Shown: positions 14,133 to 27,000, counted from the first letter of the stretch. The stretch: 64,000 nt of DNA from the human T2T-CHM13v2.0 reference genome, Homo sapiens (GCF_009914755.1 NC_060927.1); one strand, 5' to 3'. A program made the numbers and translations. The notes: generated by a model from the sequence alone, not told the origin.

Positions 14133-15724
14133 AACAAAGGGGCGGTCTTAGACAAAGGGATAATAGCTCTTATTGTAAGATCCAGCTGATTGCCATGGCA
14201 GAATGTACGCATTCAAATTAGTGTTTTTCTTCAAATGGCTACTGCACACTGAATCCAGATATATTGGCTACTAGATTCTAAGGATCTTAGAGGCAGGATA
14301 TCATATTTACATCATTTCTATTTCTGGTGTCTGACACACAGGGTTCTCACCTAAATATTTGTTGGAAGAGCAAAGATAATGAATAACAAATGGAGTAATA
14401 TTGTTTTCATCATCCCAGCTGCACAGCGACCTTCACCTCTGCCCCCTCCCCCCATTTCTCCATTGTTAACATGGTTAATATTCTCTGATGTGGCTTTTCT
14501 AGGAGCCATTGCTGGGACACTCTCAGTGACAGCCACTGCAGTCTCCCTTCTGCCTTGATGTGACTGACACCTCGACTTTTGCCAGCTCTCTTCAGTACCT
14601 GTGTAGTATCTTCTCCTGCATTATTACAAGGCCTTTTGCCCAACCAACACTTTCTTGTTTCTAGGTGATTATGTGTGTAGTTCCCTGAAAGGAAGAAACA
14701 ATAGCCCAGTTTATAGTTGAGGAAACTGAAGTTCCAAGAGTTGCAAGGCTGAATCTAAATCACATACTGTGAGCAAGTGAGGGGGAGATATGGAAACTAT
14801 ATCTTATTCTTCAGCCCCTAAGCCTATCTATTCTCTTCTCATGATGCTGTCTTTGCCTTCCTGGTTACAAGACACCATAGTGGGGTACATGACATTCACT
14901 TAAAAGATACATAGATTTTTCTCTCTGTGTGTGTTTACAGTGTTCAAAGATATAAAATCGTGAAATACAAGACAGCCTATTCCTTGCTTGGAGTGTCTGT
15001 GGGTGGGTGGGTAGGTGGGGGCCACATATTTCCTGGCCTCTCACCCCCACCTCTGGCTCATCAGGGCTAAGAAGAGGCCTCACTCCCTGCTCTTCACTGA
15101 CACAAGGGCTGAGCAGAGAAATTTGAATAGCAAGTTCTCTGTAAAGGGCAGGGAGAAAAAGGCCCTGCTTCTGATTAGATTTTCTCCCCAAACCAGCTTG
15201 TCACCTCTGATCTCTGCCCCTCAGCAGGCAGGGCAGCCTGAGCCAAAAGCCTTTGTGTTTGACATTCTTTTCATGTGAAAGCACCAAAGCCATGTCCTCT
15301 TCAGTCTCCAAAATGTCATGCCCCAAGAGATGGGTTGAAACTTTAAGGAAGTCTTCACTGAGAAAACGTCCCCATCCTATTGTTCTCCTTGAAAAGCAAC
15401 TGCTCCGAAGCTTTCATTCTTCAGGAAATAAAAAGTAGCTTCCTAGGCTTGATCAGAAATCCTCTACATAGAAGAGCTTCTGAGGTGATCCCAGAGTGGG
15501 CTCCGTTGTTAGGCTAAGAAATCGGATCGGTTGATGAGAATGTAGACACTTGTTTTTGCTGGAAATGTAGCCTGGGTTTGCTGTCCCGGAGCAGGAGTGG
15601 CTTCTGGGTTCAGTGGACAGAATGTCTGGTACATTGGTGCCTGATGTCAGGGGAGGGGCCGTTTTTGACCCCTCCCAGACTAACCTCTTTCTATTCCTGC
15701 AGCAGCTGAAGTGGGAATATCAAG

Positions 15725-16010
15725 TGTTTCCCAACCTTAGTCATACACATCCACCTCCACAGTTTTTGCCTCATCTACAAATCTCCTGGTCTATTATTGA
15801 CTTAGTATTTTTCTTTAGAGAAACTTATTCTTTAAACTCAGTAAAATTCATTTTAAAAGGAAACTTTATATTTCAACCACAAATGGAAAAAAATATCACT
15901 TACTATAAATCTGTAAAAGTAAATATGGTGAAATCAAAGTAATATTATTAAATTCTAGCTAGACACCGTTGCCTGCAGGAGGCTCTGAGCAGGAGGCTTG
16001 CTCAAAGCCA
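15725..16010. mobile_element. hAT-Charlie fossil (Charlie18a-like)
   Basis: 'aaattctagctagacaccgttgcctgcaggaggctctgagc' resembles the remembered consensus. Edges are uncertain. Confidence 0.45.
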
Positions 16011-16107
16011 GAATAAGTGCAGCCAGGTTTAAAGACATATTTGCTGCCTTCTTACAGGAATCAGGAATTTACCTTGAATTGAAAATGGACTGGTTTTCTC
16101 CTTTTGA

Positions 16108-16273
16108 ACAGGGCCAGGACTAGGGTGGGGTCAGTGAGGCTCCTGTGTGCAAAATTTAAGGAAGCACTCACCTGCAGGGCCGATCCTGTACTTTTGTACC
16201 ATTCTGAGAGTGAGAGCCTCCTTAACTTTTGCGCCCCCCAGGTGTCTTCTGGCATTGCCTCAGTCCCAGCCCT
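16108..16273. mobile_element. MER91-like hAT-Tip100 MITE
   Basis: Ends 'cagggccaggactagggt' and 'agtcccagccct', with internal inverted 'gcaaaatttaagg' and 'ccttaacttttgc'. Confidence 0.65.
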
Positions 16274-16929
16274 CTATGATTGAGTGTCATTTATCACCAT
16301 ATCCCTATATTACCTAAATAAATTACCTGAGCACCAGCCATGGGAAATACCCACCTTCTGCTCAGTGTTCAACCAGAAGAGAGCCTGAGTTGGTATGCTT
16401 GTGCTGAGACAGCCCTCAGTGATGGCTAGATCCCTTCTAAGCACCCATATGCCTCTCAGTTAATTATCCCACTAGCAAAGTGCACTGAGTGCTTTATCAG
16501 GTTTTCCAGGCTCTAGTTTCCAGAATGTACCATTTTACCTTTTTTGACATCAGTGTACTATTGGCTTTTGGTCAGTCTTCTGAAATTGCTCCCATATTCT
16601 GGAGCCCCCCTTTCCCCTGCTCTGCTGTTCCGGGCTGGGAGGGGGACAGTTTGCTAGGATGGCCCTGAGTGCACTGTGGCGTTTCCTGTGTGTGAAATGT
16701 CTTTCTCAGCCTGCTGCTTTCTCATTCCTCAGAGTTCTGCTCAGGCATCCTCCTTCCCTCAGGGCAGTTAGCATTCCTCTGCCTTCTCCACGATGAAGAA
16801 TGACCTCTACCCTGCCCGCCGTGGTTGCCTCTCTGCAGCCTCTGACCTTCTCAGAGCCAAGAATGTGTCCTACACAGCTCAGTGTCCTCAGTGCATGTAA
16901 CCAGGGCTTGATCCAGCACATGGGGTGAG

Positions 16930-17125
16930 GGTCACAGTTTCTAGAATTAGATAGCCCTTAGTTCTGCATGCCTGCTCCACCACAGAACTTCCCGAAGCTT
17001 TCATTTCCTTGCCTATAAAACAGAGCTAACAGTACCTCCCACCAGGCTAATGGTGAAGATTTTATGAGGTAAAGTGGGCAGGTCCCTTGACTCAGAGCCA
17101 GCCTATGACATGTTCCCATGACTGC
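16930..17125 (+). mobile_element. MIR
   Basis: 'tttcatttccttgcctataaaacagagctaacagtacct...gtgaagattttatgag'. Confidence 0.6.
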
Positions 17126-17538
17126 TAGCCCTCATGGAAGGGAGCTAATTAAAAAGGTGGGTCGCCTCTTGGGGTAGGAGAGGGGAAGCAGATATCAATT
17201 TTCTATAAACAATACTTACTGTTGTCTGCCCCTTTTCCTTTTAATGGAAATTGCAATAACCACATAAGTCCAGTACTTTTAGCCCCTCCAGGAACTTTCA
17301 TAGCCACAGACTTGTAGGATTAGCAGAGCAATGGAGGGACAGCAGGGGCAGATGCAGTTATGCCCATCTTACAGATGGGAAAACCAGGGAGGCAAAGTGA
17401 CTTGACCAAGGTTACAGAGCTCAGGGCAGGCAGGCCTGAGACTCTTGCTGGACTTCATATTCTTTCTATTCAGTCCTTCGTCTCTAGGTAACCCTTTCAT
17501 CAGGATGCCCTGCTGCTAAATGCCTCCTTCTTAGGCCA

Positions 17539-17917
17539 GCAATGGGCTGAATTTTGTCTTCCCCAAATTTATATGTTGAAGCCCTAAGCCCCAGTACCTC
17601 AGGATGTGATTGTATTTTGAGACAGCACCTTTGAAGAAGTAATTAAGGTAGAATGAGGCTATCACAATGGGCTCAAATCTAATATTGGTGTCTTATAAAA
17701 AGAGAAGATTAGGACAGACACAGGAAGACCATATAGGGTCACGGTGGTCTGCAAACAGCCATCTGCAAGCCAAAGAGAGAGGCTTCAGAAGAAATCAATC
17801 CTGATGACACCCTGCTCTTGGACTTGTAGCTTCCAGAGCTATGAGAAAATAAATGTTTGTGTTTAAAGCCACCCAGTCTGTGGTACTTGGTTGTGGCTGC
17901 CTAAGCAGATTAATATG
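17539..17917 (+). mobile_element. MaLR solo LTR, MLT1B-like
   Basis: 'atgggctgaattttgtc...tatgttgaagccctaagccccagtacctcaggatgtga' through 'aataaatgtttgtgtttaaagccacccagtctgtggtac'. 5-bp TSD ggcca on both sides. Confidence 0.9.
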
Positions 17918-19114
17918 GGCCATGTGTTGGAATTGAAAGACAAAAGAAAAGTGGGATATCTGGGCAAGGAGAAATATGGAAAAACTTCCCATTTCCAGAG
18001 ACAATCAGTGCTTCACGATTTGGTCTCATCGCTGCTGGGACCATCTGAGGCATGTCAAAGAGGAATGCTCTGGAGGACCTCAGCAGTGATGAGGCTGGGG
18101 AAACAAAAAGAGTTTTCTTTCACTGTCGACAGTGGTTACAAGGGGCAAAAATGGGCATATGTCAGTGGGTGCAATCTGGAGCCTGCCTAACCTCTCTTGG
18201 AAGACAGAATCAGGTAGAAAGACTGGGGGATAGAAGGCCTTAGAATGAGTTCTGTTGGGGAGTTTGCATTGGATAGGTGGGGGGCCCAGTCCAATTTCAG
18301 TGACTCCTGGGTTTGAATTACAGATACTGGAAAAGTTATTTAACCTCTTCAAGACTCAGTTTCTACATCTTTGGAATATGGATGACATGTTCTCTACTAA
18401 GGCAGAAATGCGTGTTATGTCAGGAATAGAAAGGGGCTCCCCAAGTGATGGTTGCAATCATTATTATCACTTCATTTACTAACAGTTCCTCTGGTGGTGG
18501 TCTTATATTCCCAGGACACAGTAGGAGTATGGGGCTGAAGGTGGGTAAGAAGCCCCAGATATTAGAAAAATAATAATAAAATAAACCCAACAACATAGCA
18601 GAGCAGGCAGGTGGGATCCAAGGAGGACACAGGGAAAGGGAGAGAGAGAGGAATTAGCTCCCCACTAACTTGGGCCCCAGGAGGGGCAAAATGCCTGCTT
18701 TGGAAGTGGGGTTTGAGATGTCATAGCTTGAGATTGTAACAGGTCATGATCATGTTCCTTCCTCTGTCAACTGCCGGCTTCTCCAAACTGCTTTCTCCTA
18801 GATTAGAAGCAGAAAAGGTAAACTATAGTCATGTCCCCACTCAGCAGAATCCCAGAATCAAGTCAACAGTCAACCAGTAATTGGTAATGAGCTCCCGTTG
18901 TCTATAGCTCTGCACTTAGATGCTGAGGCTTGGAAGGAAAGAGAAGCTTTAGTTCCTCCCTTTACTTAGGCTAGGCTGCTAAGATGTACAGACAAGACAC
19001 AAGTCAAGTAATAAGTCTAAAACATGCAGCACATAGTACATGTTTGGTTAGTGTAAGCCGTTAATTATATCACAGTTAATTGTTGGAATGTATGGGAGGC
19101 AGCAGGGCACCTAA

Positions 19115-19401
19115 TTTTGTTTTGTTTTGTTTTAAGACAGGGTCTTGCTCTGTTGCCCAGGCTAGAGTACAGTGGTGTGATCATGGCTCACTGCAGCCTT
19201 GACCTCTCAGGCTCAATCAATTCTCCCACCTCCCAAGTAGCTGGGGGTATGGATGCATGTCACCACACCTAGCTAATTTTTGTATTTTTTGTGGAGACAG
19301 GGTTTTGCCATGTTGCCCAGGCTGGTCTCAAATTCAAGTGATCCTCCTGTTTCAGCCTCCCCAAGTGCTGGGATTACAGGCATGAACCACTGTGCCTGGT
19401 C
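19115..19401 (-). mobile_element. Alu, AluJ
   Basis: Antisense Alu with J-type 'gatcatggctcactgcagccttgacctc' and (TTTTG)n tail. TSD gcagcagggcacctaa/gcagtagggcatctta. Confidence 0.93.
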
Positions 19402-19541
19402 AGCAGTAGGGCATCTTATTGTCTTAGAACACTGATTTGGGAGTCTTTGCTGCTTGCAGTTGAGTTGGAGTCTTCAGCTGCCACTTAGGTGCCCAGTGAA
19501 GACTCCATGAGCCTCAGTTTCATCTCCCATGAAATGGGTAT

Positions 19542-20358
19542 TGTATAGGAAAAACTCTCTCCAGCCACGTTATTCCTCTAGTCTTATACCACCACAATAA
19601 TCACCAACACAGAGGAAGACTTCTGGGACCAAATGCGTAGAGGTTTTTCCCCACACCCTAAGCAGTGGATGCCAGCTAGGTGTCTTCCAATTCAATTTTG
19701 ACACTACCTGTAGATAGTATCAAATCCCATAGGTTGGGGCTTAGTCATCAAGAATGCCTACCACCACCCCAGATACTAGCCTTGGGTCCCTGGGCCTCTG
19801 GAACTTCTGACCCAACCCACTTCAATTTGGAGTTTCCAGAAACCCCTCTTTGGATGCCGTTAATTTGTTGGAGTGGCTCACAGAACTCAGGGAAACATGT
19901 TTACTGGTTTATTATAAAGGCTATTACCAAGGATAGAGATAAAGAAACATGTAGAGTGAGGTATGGGGAAAGGCACAGAGCTTCTATGTCCTCCCTGGGC
20001 ATAGCACTTTCTAGGAACCTCGATGAGTTCAGCTGCCTGGAAGCTCTCTGAACTCTGTCCTCTTCAGTTTTTATGAAGGCTTCATTATATAAGCACGATT
20101 GATTAAGCCATTGGCCACTGGTGATCAACTTTTCAGCTCCTCTCCCCTCCCCAGAGGTTGGGGAATGGGGCTGAAAGTTCCAACCCTCTGATCCTGCCTT
20201 GGCCTTTCTGGTTACCAGCCCCACTTTGAATTTATCAGACAAAAGACACACAAAACATCGTACTTTGGAGATCTTAGAGATGTTAGGAGTTATGAGCCAG
20301 GAACCATGGATGAATATCTTGTCTGTCTGTCTGTCTGTCTGTATATCGTAAGACCACA
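19542..20358 (-). mobile_element. MER21-family solo LTR inserted in a MIR
   Basis: TG...CA ends and 'gacttctgggaccaaatg', 'gagtggctcacagaactcagggaaaca', 'gattaagccattggccactggtgatcaac'. Flanks ggtat/gctat, with MIR-like sequence on both sides. Confidence 0.85.
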
Positions 20359-20398
20359 GCTATCTTCAGGGCTTCCTCACTGGGCTGTGAAGTGTTCC

Positions 20399-20570
20399 CA
20401 GTGGGAGTTCTGTTCAACCACCTGGGCTGGAGAATTTCTCCCTATAGAGGACTGTCCCATGCATTGCAGGTCATTAGGCATCCCTGTGCCCTGGCCACAA
20501 AACACCCTGGCGGCCAGGTACACACACATTTTCAATGCCCCTGAAGTATTTTGGAATCATCTACTAGTGT
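20399..20570. mobile_element. MER20-like hAT fragment
   Basis: 'ggactgtcccatgcattgcagg...agcatccctg'-type motifs, diverged. Confidence 0.5.
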
Positions 20571-20588
20571 GAAATCAAGATAAAGCAT

Positions 20589-21084
20589 TGTATGTGCCAG
20601 AGCCTCTGGTAAACAGGTAACACAGTCAATTGAGTTAGTTTGAGAATAATTTAATAAAGAATATTTTTGAATGTGTGGACAGGGGTGAGGGAAACCACAA
20701 GAAGTAGTGCGGTGTCTCAGAGCTAGAAACAGTGAGATATTACCACCCCTGCGCTAGAAATGACAAGAGGATGATGAAAAGGTTACAGGAACCTCAAGAT
20801 AGACGGGGTTCTTGAGAGGACTGTGGCCTTCAGTGGAGGGATGCAGTCAGCCCAGAGTGTACCACGGGAAGAGAGCTGGGGCCATAACACCCCAATTTCC
20901 TCTCACGTGAAATGGGTATTGTGTAGGGGAAAACTTCCTGGGATTTCTAGATGGTCAAATTCAACCAGAAGCAAGAGACAAGGGAGTTTTCTGTTGCTGG
21001 CTGGATAGGTGAGCTTCCCAGGCCCAGAGTGGTGGAGCAGGGCATAGAGTAGATCTAGAGGTACAAAGTGAAAGTTCCAACACA
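20589..21084 (-). mobile_element. ERVL solo LTR, LTR33-like
   Basis: Collinear with the second copy at 27983. Ends 'gagtagatctagaggtacaaagtgaaagttccaacaca'. Confidence 0.75.
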
Positions 21085-22344
21085 TAGTAGGGACTCAACA
21101 TATAGTAAGCTTCCTCTCCCTCTAGGCAGAACTCCTTGCAGAGATGCAGAGAAAAGGGAAGCCACAAGAACAGGAGTTTAAGAATAAGCTAAGGTGGACC
21201 TCAAGTCCCAGAAACAAGGACCAGGAGGTGCTGGAGTCTCCTCACCTCTTCCAAGTCCTCAGTCCCCTTCTCACTCCACCTGACTGTAAAAAGGTTACTG
21301 CAAGGGAAGTTCTGTGGTCTGGAAGAAAAAGCATGAGGCTTGGCTTAGGTGCTGTTTGGTGGGCTTGGTGAGAGGGAGCACATTGAGACTGTCCATAGCA
21401 GGGCAATGTCCAGCTCTGAAGACAACCTCTGTCTTTCATAGGCTGGACATGCATGAGGAGGACTACGCTGCCAACACAGGAACAGGCAAACACAGGCAGG
21501 ATCTGGCTTGATCTTACCTTCCCTCCTGAGAAAACCAATTCTCATTAAGTCTGAATTGGAGAAAAAAACACAACCCTGCTATTTGAAGTTGACATCAGTA
21601 ATAGCTTTAGGGGGAGTGAAAAAGTAACTGTCATGGAGAGGATTGTTAATTATAGTTTTGATCCAATCAGGAGCAGCATGAAACCAAGCTGGCTGTATCT
21701 CCCCATGGTCTCTCTCCTGTTCTGCAACTCGACATTTCTCACACTGCCCTTAGAAAACACTTAGGTTTGACTACAATTATGGCTTCCATGGGTGCACACC
21801 AGCTTTCAGCATGCTTTTTGCAGCCAGAAGACACCTATCCCCACTACAGGAACTTGTCAATGCATCTTTAACAGTATGAATCTATTAACTGTGTGGGTTT
21901 GGTATTTATGAGGAGGCAAGCCTGGCTGGCCCCTCTTCAAAGCTGGCAAAATGCCGTGGATAGATGTGAGGAGAAGAACATTTGGTACACAACAGAGGCT
22001 AAATGACAAGGAGTGGTGATAACCACTAATGGAATCACGTTAGCTAAATCATGGACTCCTGATTCACAGTATAACTATTTTGTTAGATAATAAAGAATGC
22101 CTTTACTCCCAAGAAATGGATTCTTAGAAAATTTCCATGAAGAAGCCTCTTGAGCGCTCTGCTGTGTACCACATTAGCTCCCCTAATGGGCTGGAAATGC
22201 AATATTAATGGCACAGGGAGGGAGTGCACAAATCAGACACGTGCAGAGAGTGTCTGTCTGAGGGTGGCAAAGCAGTTGGTGCTGCACCCTCTCCAGAGGC
22301 CCCCAAGTGATGGGCCTGCCTCCTGTTCCCTTGGTTTCCTAGAG

Positions 22345-22545
22345 CAGGGGTCTGCAAACTTGATCTGTAAAGGGTCAGATGTTTTAGGCTTTGTGGGCTA
22401 TATAGTTGCGGTCACATATTTTGTTGTTCTTCTTTTTCCTTTACTTCTTTTATAATACTTCGTAAAGCATAGTTTTAGCTTGTGAGATATACAAAAATAT
22501 GCCATGAGCTGGGTGTGGCCATTGGGCCAAAGTTTGTCAACATTG
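22345..22545. mobile_element. MER58 hAT-Charlie MITE
   Basis: Terminal inverted repeats (TIRs) 'caggggtctgcaaact' and 'agtttgtcaacattg'. Near-8-bp TSD tcctagag/tcttggag. Confidence 0.8.
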
Positions 22546-22579
22546 TCTTGGAGCTTTGGAGAGGTAGTTAGTTCATGAG

Positions 22580-23000
22580 TGTCTTAGTCCATTTATGCTT
22601 CTATTACAACATTTCTAAGACTGTGTAACTTGGAAATTATAGGAATTTATTTCTCACAGTTCTGGAGGCTGTGAAGTCCAAGATGAAGGTGCTGGCAGAT
22701 TTGGTGTCTAGTGAGGGCTGACTTTCTTGCTTCCAAAATGATACCTTGTTACTGTGTCCTCCAGGGCGGGGGGGTGGGGGGCGGGACATGAATGTGGTGT
22801 CCTCACATGGTAGAAGAGTGGAAGGTCAAGAGGGCCCAGTTGATTCATTCTAGTCCTTTTATAAGGCATTAATCTCATTCATGAAGGCAGAGCCCTCATG
22901 GCCTAATCACTTCCTGAAGGGCCCATCATGAACACTGTTGCATTTGAGATTAAGTTTCAACATGAATTTTGGAGGGAATGCAAACATTTAGACTGTAACA
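22580..23000 (-). mobile_element. MaLR solo LTR, MSTC/MSTD-like
   Basis: 'tgtcttagtccatt...atttctcacagttctggaggctg...caacatgaattttggaggg...taaca'. Perfect 5-bp TSD atgag. Confidence 0.9.
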
Positions 23001-23177
23001 ATGAGCTTCCCAGAGAGGAGGGCACAGCACTGAAGGAGCCTCATTTGGAAGTCACTCAGACAGTAAACCTCCCTGAGTGCCTCTGCATGCCAAGCACTAT
23101 TCTAGAGCATGCGGGATACCTCAGAGGTCAAAGTAATCAGGGATCCTTGCCCTTGTGGTTCTCACATTCTAATGGGG

Positions 23178-23630
23178 TGTCTTAGTCAGCTCAGGCTGCC
23201 ATAACTAAGTGCCATAAACTGCGTGGCTTAAATTACTGAAATTTATTTTTGCACAATTTTGGAGGCTGAAAGTCCAAGATCAAGGGCCAGCATGGTTGGC
23301 TTCTGGTAAGGCCTCTCATCCTGGCCTGTGGATGTTTGCCTTCTTGCTGTGTCCTCACATGGACTTTCCTCAGTGCATTCACATGAGGGGAGAGAGATGG
23401 AGACATATATATATATATATACACATATATATGTATGTATATGTGTGTGTGTATATATATATATATGTCTTCTATTTATAAAGCCACTAATCCTATCAGA
23501 TTAGAACTCTACCCTCATAACTTCATTTAACCTTAATTACCTCCTAAAAGCCCTATCTACAAAAACAATCACACTGGGGGTTAGGGCTTCAACATAGAAA
23601 TTTGGGGCTGGCAGCACTCAGTCTATAGCA
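23178..23630 (-). mobile_element. MaLR solo LTR, MLT1A-like
   Basis: 'tgtcttagtcagctcaggctgccataac...gttagggcttcaacatagaaattt...cagtctatagca'. Confidence 0.88.
23404..23467. repeat. Compound (TA)n/(CA)/(TG) microsatellite
   Basis: Direct reading. Confidence 0.9.
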
Positions 23631-26349
23631 TGAAGAGAGAGACAATTTTAAAAACATAATTATAAAAGAGGTGGTGATAAGTGCTAAAAGTAATGTAGGA
23701 AACAGTATGAACTGCTGGAGAAAGGCATATGGGGAACAGAGAATAGCATCCTAGGGAGAGGAAAAGCACATGCAAAGACTCTGGGTGGAAACTGAGTGTA
23801 TTGAAAAATAGAAGCCTAGTATGGTTGTTCAGTGACTGGGGATGGATAGGCAATGAGCTGGAGAGGAAAGCAGGGCCCAGATCAAAGAAATCCTCCTAAC
23901 AGCTGAATTTTATTTAGTATTACCATGTGAAGCCATGGGATTGTTAGTGGACTGCTGCAGAGGGGCTGAGCTACAGTGGGCAGTGGTGAAAGCAAGGAGA
24001 GCAGTTGTCTAATGAAGTAAAATAGGCAAGGGATGATGCCAGCTTGCTCCAGGGCAAAAGTGGTGGGAGGTGGTGAGAAGTGGATGAATTTGTGAAAAAA
24101 TTTTGAAAGTAGAGCCATAGGCCTTGCTGATGAATGAGATTTGCAGGCAATGTTAAGGGTTAAAGATAAGTCCCCTGTATTTGGCCTGATGAACTGAATG
24201 GATAGCAGTGCCAATAACCGGGATGGAGAAGATTGGGCCAGGAGGAGATATGGGGGCAGCCATCAGAGGCCCTGTTCTGAGCTGTTGAGATGTCCATGAG
24301 ACAGCCAGGTGGAGATGTCAGTTTGGCAGTTAAATATTCAGAACTCAATCTTAGGGGAAAATTCAGGCCTGGGAATGAAATGGTGGCATCATCAGTGATA
24401 GAATATATGTGAAGTTTTAGTGCAGGATGAGAACATGCAGGAAGTGAGTGCAGATAGTGAATGGGGACAAGGACCAAGTCTTTGGCCAACAGTGAGTCCA
24501 GGGAAGGGGGAGCAACAAAGGAGACAGGGGCTAGGGCCATAGGAGAAGGAAACCAAGTGACTGTGGTGACAGAAACCTGGAGAAGGCAATGTTTCAAGAG
24601 AGCCAGAGTGATCCTTGCAGCAGTTGAGTAAGATGAGGCCTGAGAACTAACCACTGGATTTAGTAGTGGGATGCAAGTGATTCATGACATTGGGGGTCTC
24701 AGTGGAATGGTAGGAACAGAGCCCAACTTTAGTGGGTTGAGGGAGGATAGGGGGAGAGGAAGTGATAACCATGGGTCTTGTCAACTCTTTTGAGAAAGGT
24801 TGCAGTGAATAGGAGCATGAGAATGGGGTAATTGCTGAACAGGGGAGTGAAGCTGTAGGGTGGGGAGTGTCAGAGTCCATTTTAAGGCACACTTATATGT
24901 GAAAAAATTGTTGACCATTCAGGACAGAGAGGGCAGTTACAGGAGCAAAGCCCACAAATGGGCAATTCTGAGGCACAAGGGACACATCTAGGACACAAGT
25001 AGCCGGGTGGGCATGGGGAGGAGGGAGGTTTCTACCAAGATAAAGTGGGAAGGCAGAGTACATGAGAGCAGATACCAGTGAGTTGGAGACAGGAATATGA
25101 GGTGGCTCCTTGATTTCCTCTCTTTTTTAAAAGGAAGGATGAGGTGAAGGTATCAGCTGAGAGGAGTTGGAAGGGAGTGTGGGTGTTTTAAATAGAGAGG
25201 AAGGTGTGAACTAATCACATGGGGAGTGAGACAGCAAATTTACTGGGGAAATATAATAGTGTTGTCTGCAGTGCTGATTACCCACTTGAGATTTGGGTTC
25301 AGCCATATAGATTGAGCCTCATTGTCACTGTTTACGTGTTCTCCAGACACTTTTATGTGAGTGCAGAATCTGGCTGAAAAGGGGACTAGAATTGCAGTAA
25401 TAGTTGGAGAGAAGGAAGGAGAAAGAGCACAATCCAAGGGGGTGAAGCAGTTTTGGAAAGGAGCACTACATGCTGGACTAAGCTGAAAAAGGAAGAAATG
25501 AGGACATGACAACATGACTGACAGGAAGGAAGTGAAAGTGTCATCGGGGCAGGGGGCTGGAGGGCCCTGGAGGGGTTCAAGGGATTGTCAGTGCATTTAT
25601 ACTAGAGTGAATGAGAGGAGGCGATAGGAGGTGATGGTCAGGAATGGATGATTGCAAGAGAAATGTGGGGTTGGTTCAGTGGTTGGTGATGATGTATAGC
25701 CTTAGGAGTGGGGCCACGAAGTGGGAGGAGAAGAGAGATCATTGGGTTGAGAAGGGCAAGGAACTGAGATGCTATGGGTATGGAGAATCCATTCTCATGG
25801 ATGTTTAAGTCTGCCAAAATGAAGACAGGAGAGGTGATGGGGAAGAAGGTGAAGTGCTTGGAGAATGGCATGGTGGGGGTGGCTTGGAAGTAGGCAGATG
25901 GCAGCAGTGTGATGGTATGCTTCAAAAGAGCTGGAGTTTGAGGATGAAAAAGACATGAAAAGGTGTGGAAGTGGCAGTGGGGATCCAGAAGTATACTTCC
26001 ACACCTCCAGACCCTGACATGTAGTAAGTTAGCCTCTACTCCTAGAAGAGTTTTGCACATACTTGTGCAAAAAAAGCCCTAAGGGACCTCTAGGTTTCCC
26101 TTAGAATGTGAAGGAACTATCCAAAGCTGAGACCGAGGCTAGAGGTGAATTTGATTTGATATTCTCCAAATTCCAAAGGGCCTAGCATATGGGTTTGGAG
26201 ATCAGGGAGGGATACTGGGTGGCATAAAGGGAGACACAGTGGGTAGTATGGTCTCTATCACTTGCTTCTCCCATTTTTGCCAATATTTTCCTAATGACCT
26301 GTATCTTAAAGACTTGAGAACCATCTTTTTCAGCTTTATTCTTTCAAGC

Positions 26350-26470
26350 ACCTTTGTATGCATTCATTTAAATGTTCACTGAGAGCCTGAATTGTGCCAG
26401 GGTCTAGGCTGGGTGCTGCAGACACAGGGATGGTCACATCTGAACCATGCCCATCATAGTGGGCCCAGTC
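26350..26470 (-). mobile_element. L2 3' end fragment
   Basis: 'cattcatttaaatgttcactgagagcc...tgtgccagg...gctgggtgctgcagacaca'. Confidence 0.65.
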
Positions 26471-26603
26471 ACTGTGTAAAGGCACACCAGTGGCTGTAAC
26501 CCATCGTGGGGTGGGTTGCAAGTACTGTGTTCCTGACAATAGTTAAAATAATGTAATTAGCAAAATATTGACTTCAAAAAAAAAGCAAGTTCAAGGTTAT
26601 CAC

Positions 26604-26679
26604 TATGTGTCATTATATGTGTCATATATATATATCATGTGTCATTATATGTATCATATGTCATATATATATATGTCAT
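26604..26679. repeat. AT-rich degenerate tandem repeat
   Basis: Recurrent 'atgtgtcattatat' and 'tgtcatatatatat' units. Confidence 0.85.
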
Positions 26680-26804
26680 TCCTTCTCACTTGCATACTAG
26701 AATACTTTCTAAAGTCTGGGAGAAATGGATGATTTTAGGGCCAGTCAGCTGAAATTTGAGGGACTGCCCCCCATCATCAACACAGATAGTAACAATCTGT
26801 GTTA

Positions 26805-27000
26805 CTGACAGGCTGCAGATCCCAGGTCCACTATTTATTAGGCATTTGACCCGGGGCAAATTGCTTAACCTCCCTGAACTTCTACTTTCTCACCTGTTAG
26901 ATAGCAATAATAACACTCCATGACAATGGTAGAATTGTCATGAGGCTTAGCTGATAAATAATGGCTATAAAATTCTGAGAATAGGCCTAACGCAGTACAT
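26805..27000 (+). mobile_element. MIR
   Basis: 'tgacccggggcaaattgcttaacctccctgaacttctactttctcacctgt'. Confidence 0.7.

Larger units (their letters stand above)
23055..26060 (-). mobile_element. Long L2 LINE fossil (endonuclease to 3' end), interrupted by MLT1A
   Basis: Purine-rich antisense L2 sequence. Minus-strand ORF remnants carry 'PVFILADLNIH' (APE GDFN-like) and 'HIYSITDDATI' (YADD-like). Confidence 0.8.
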
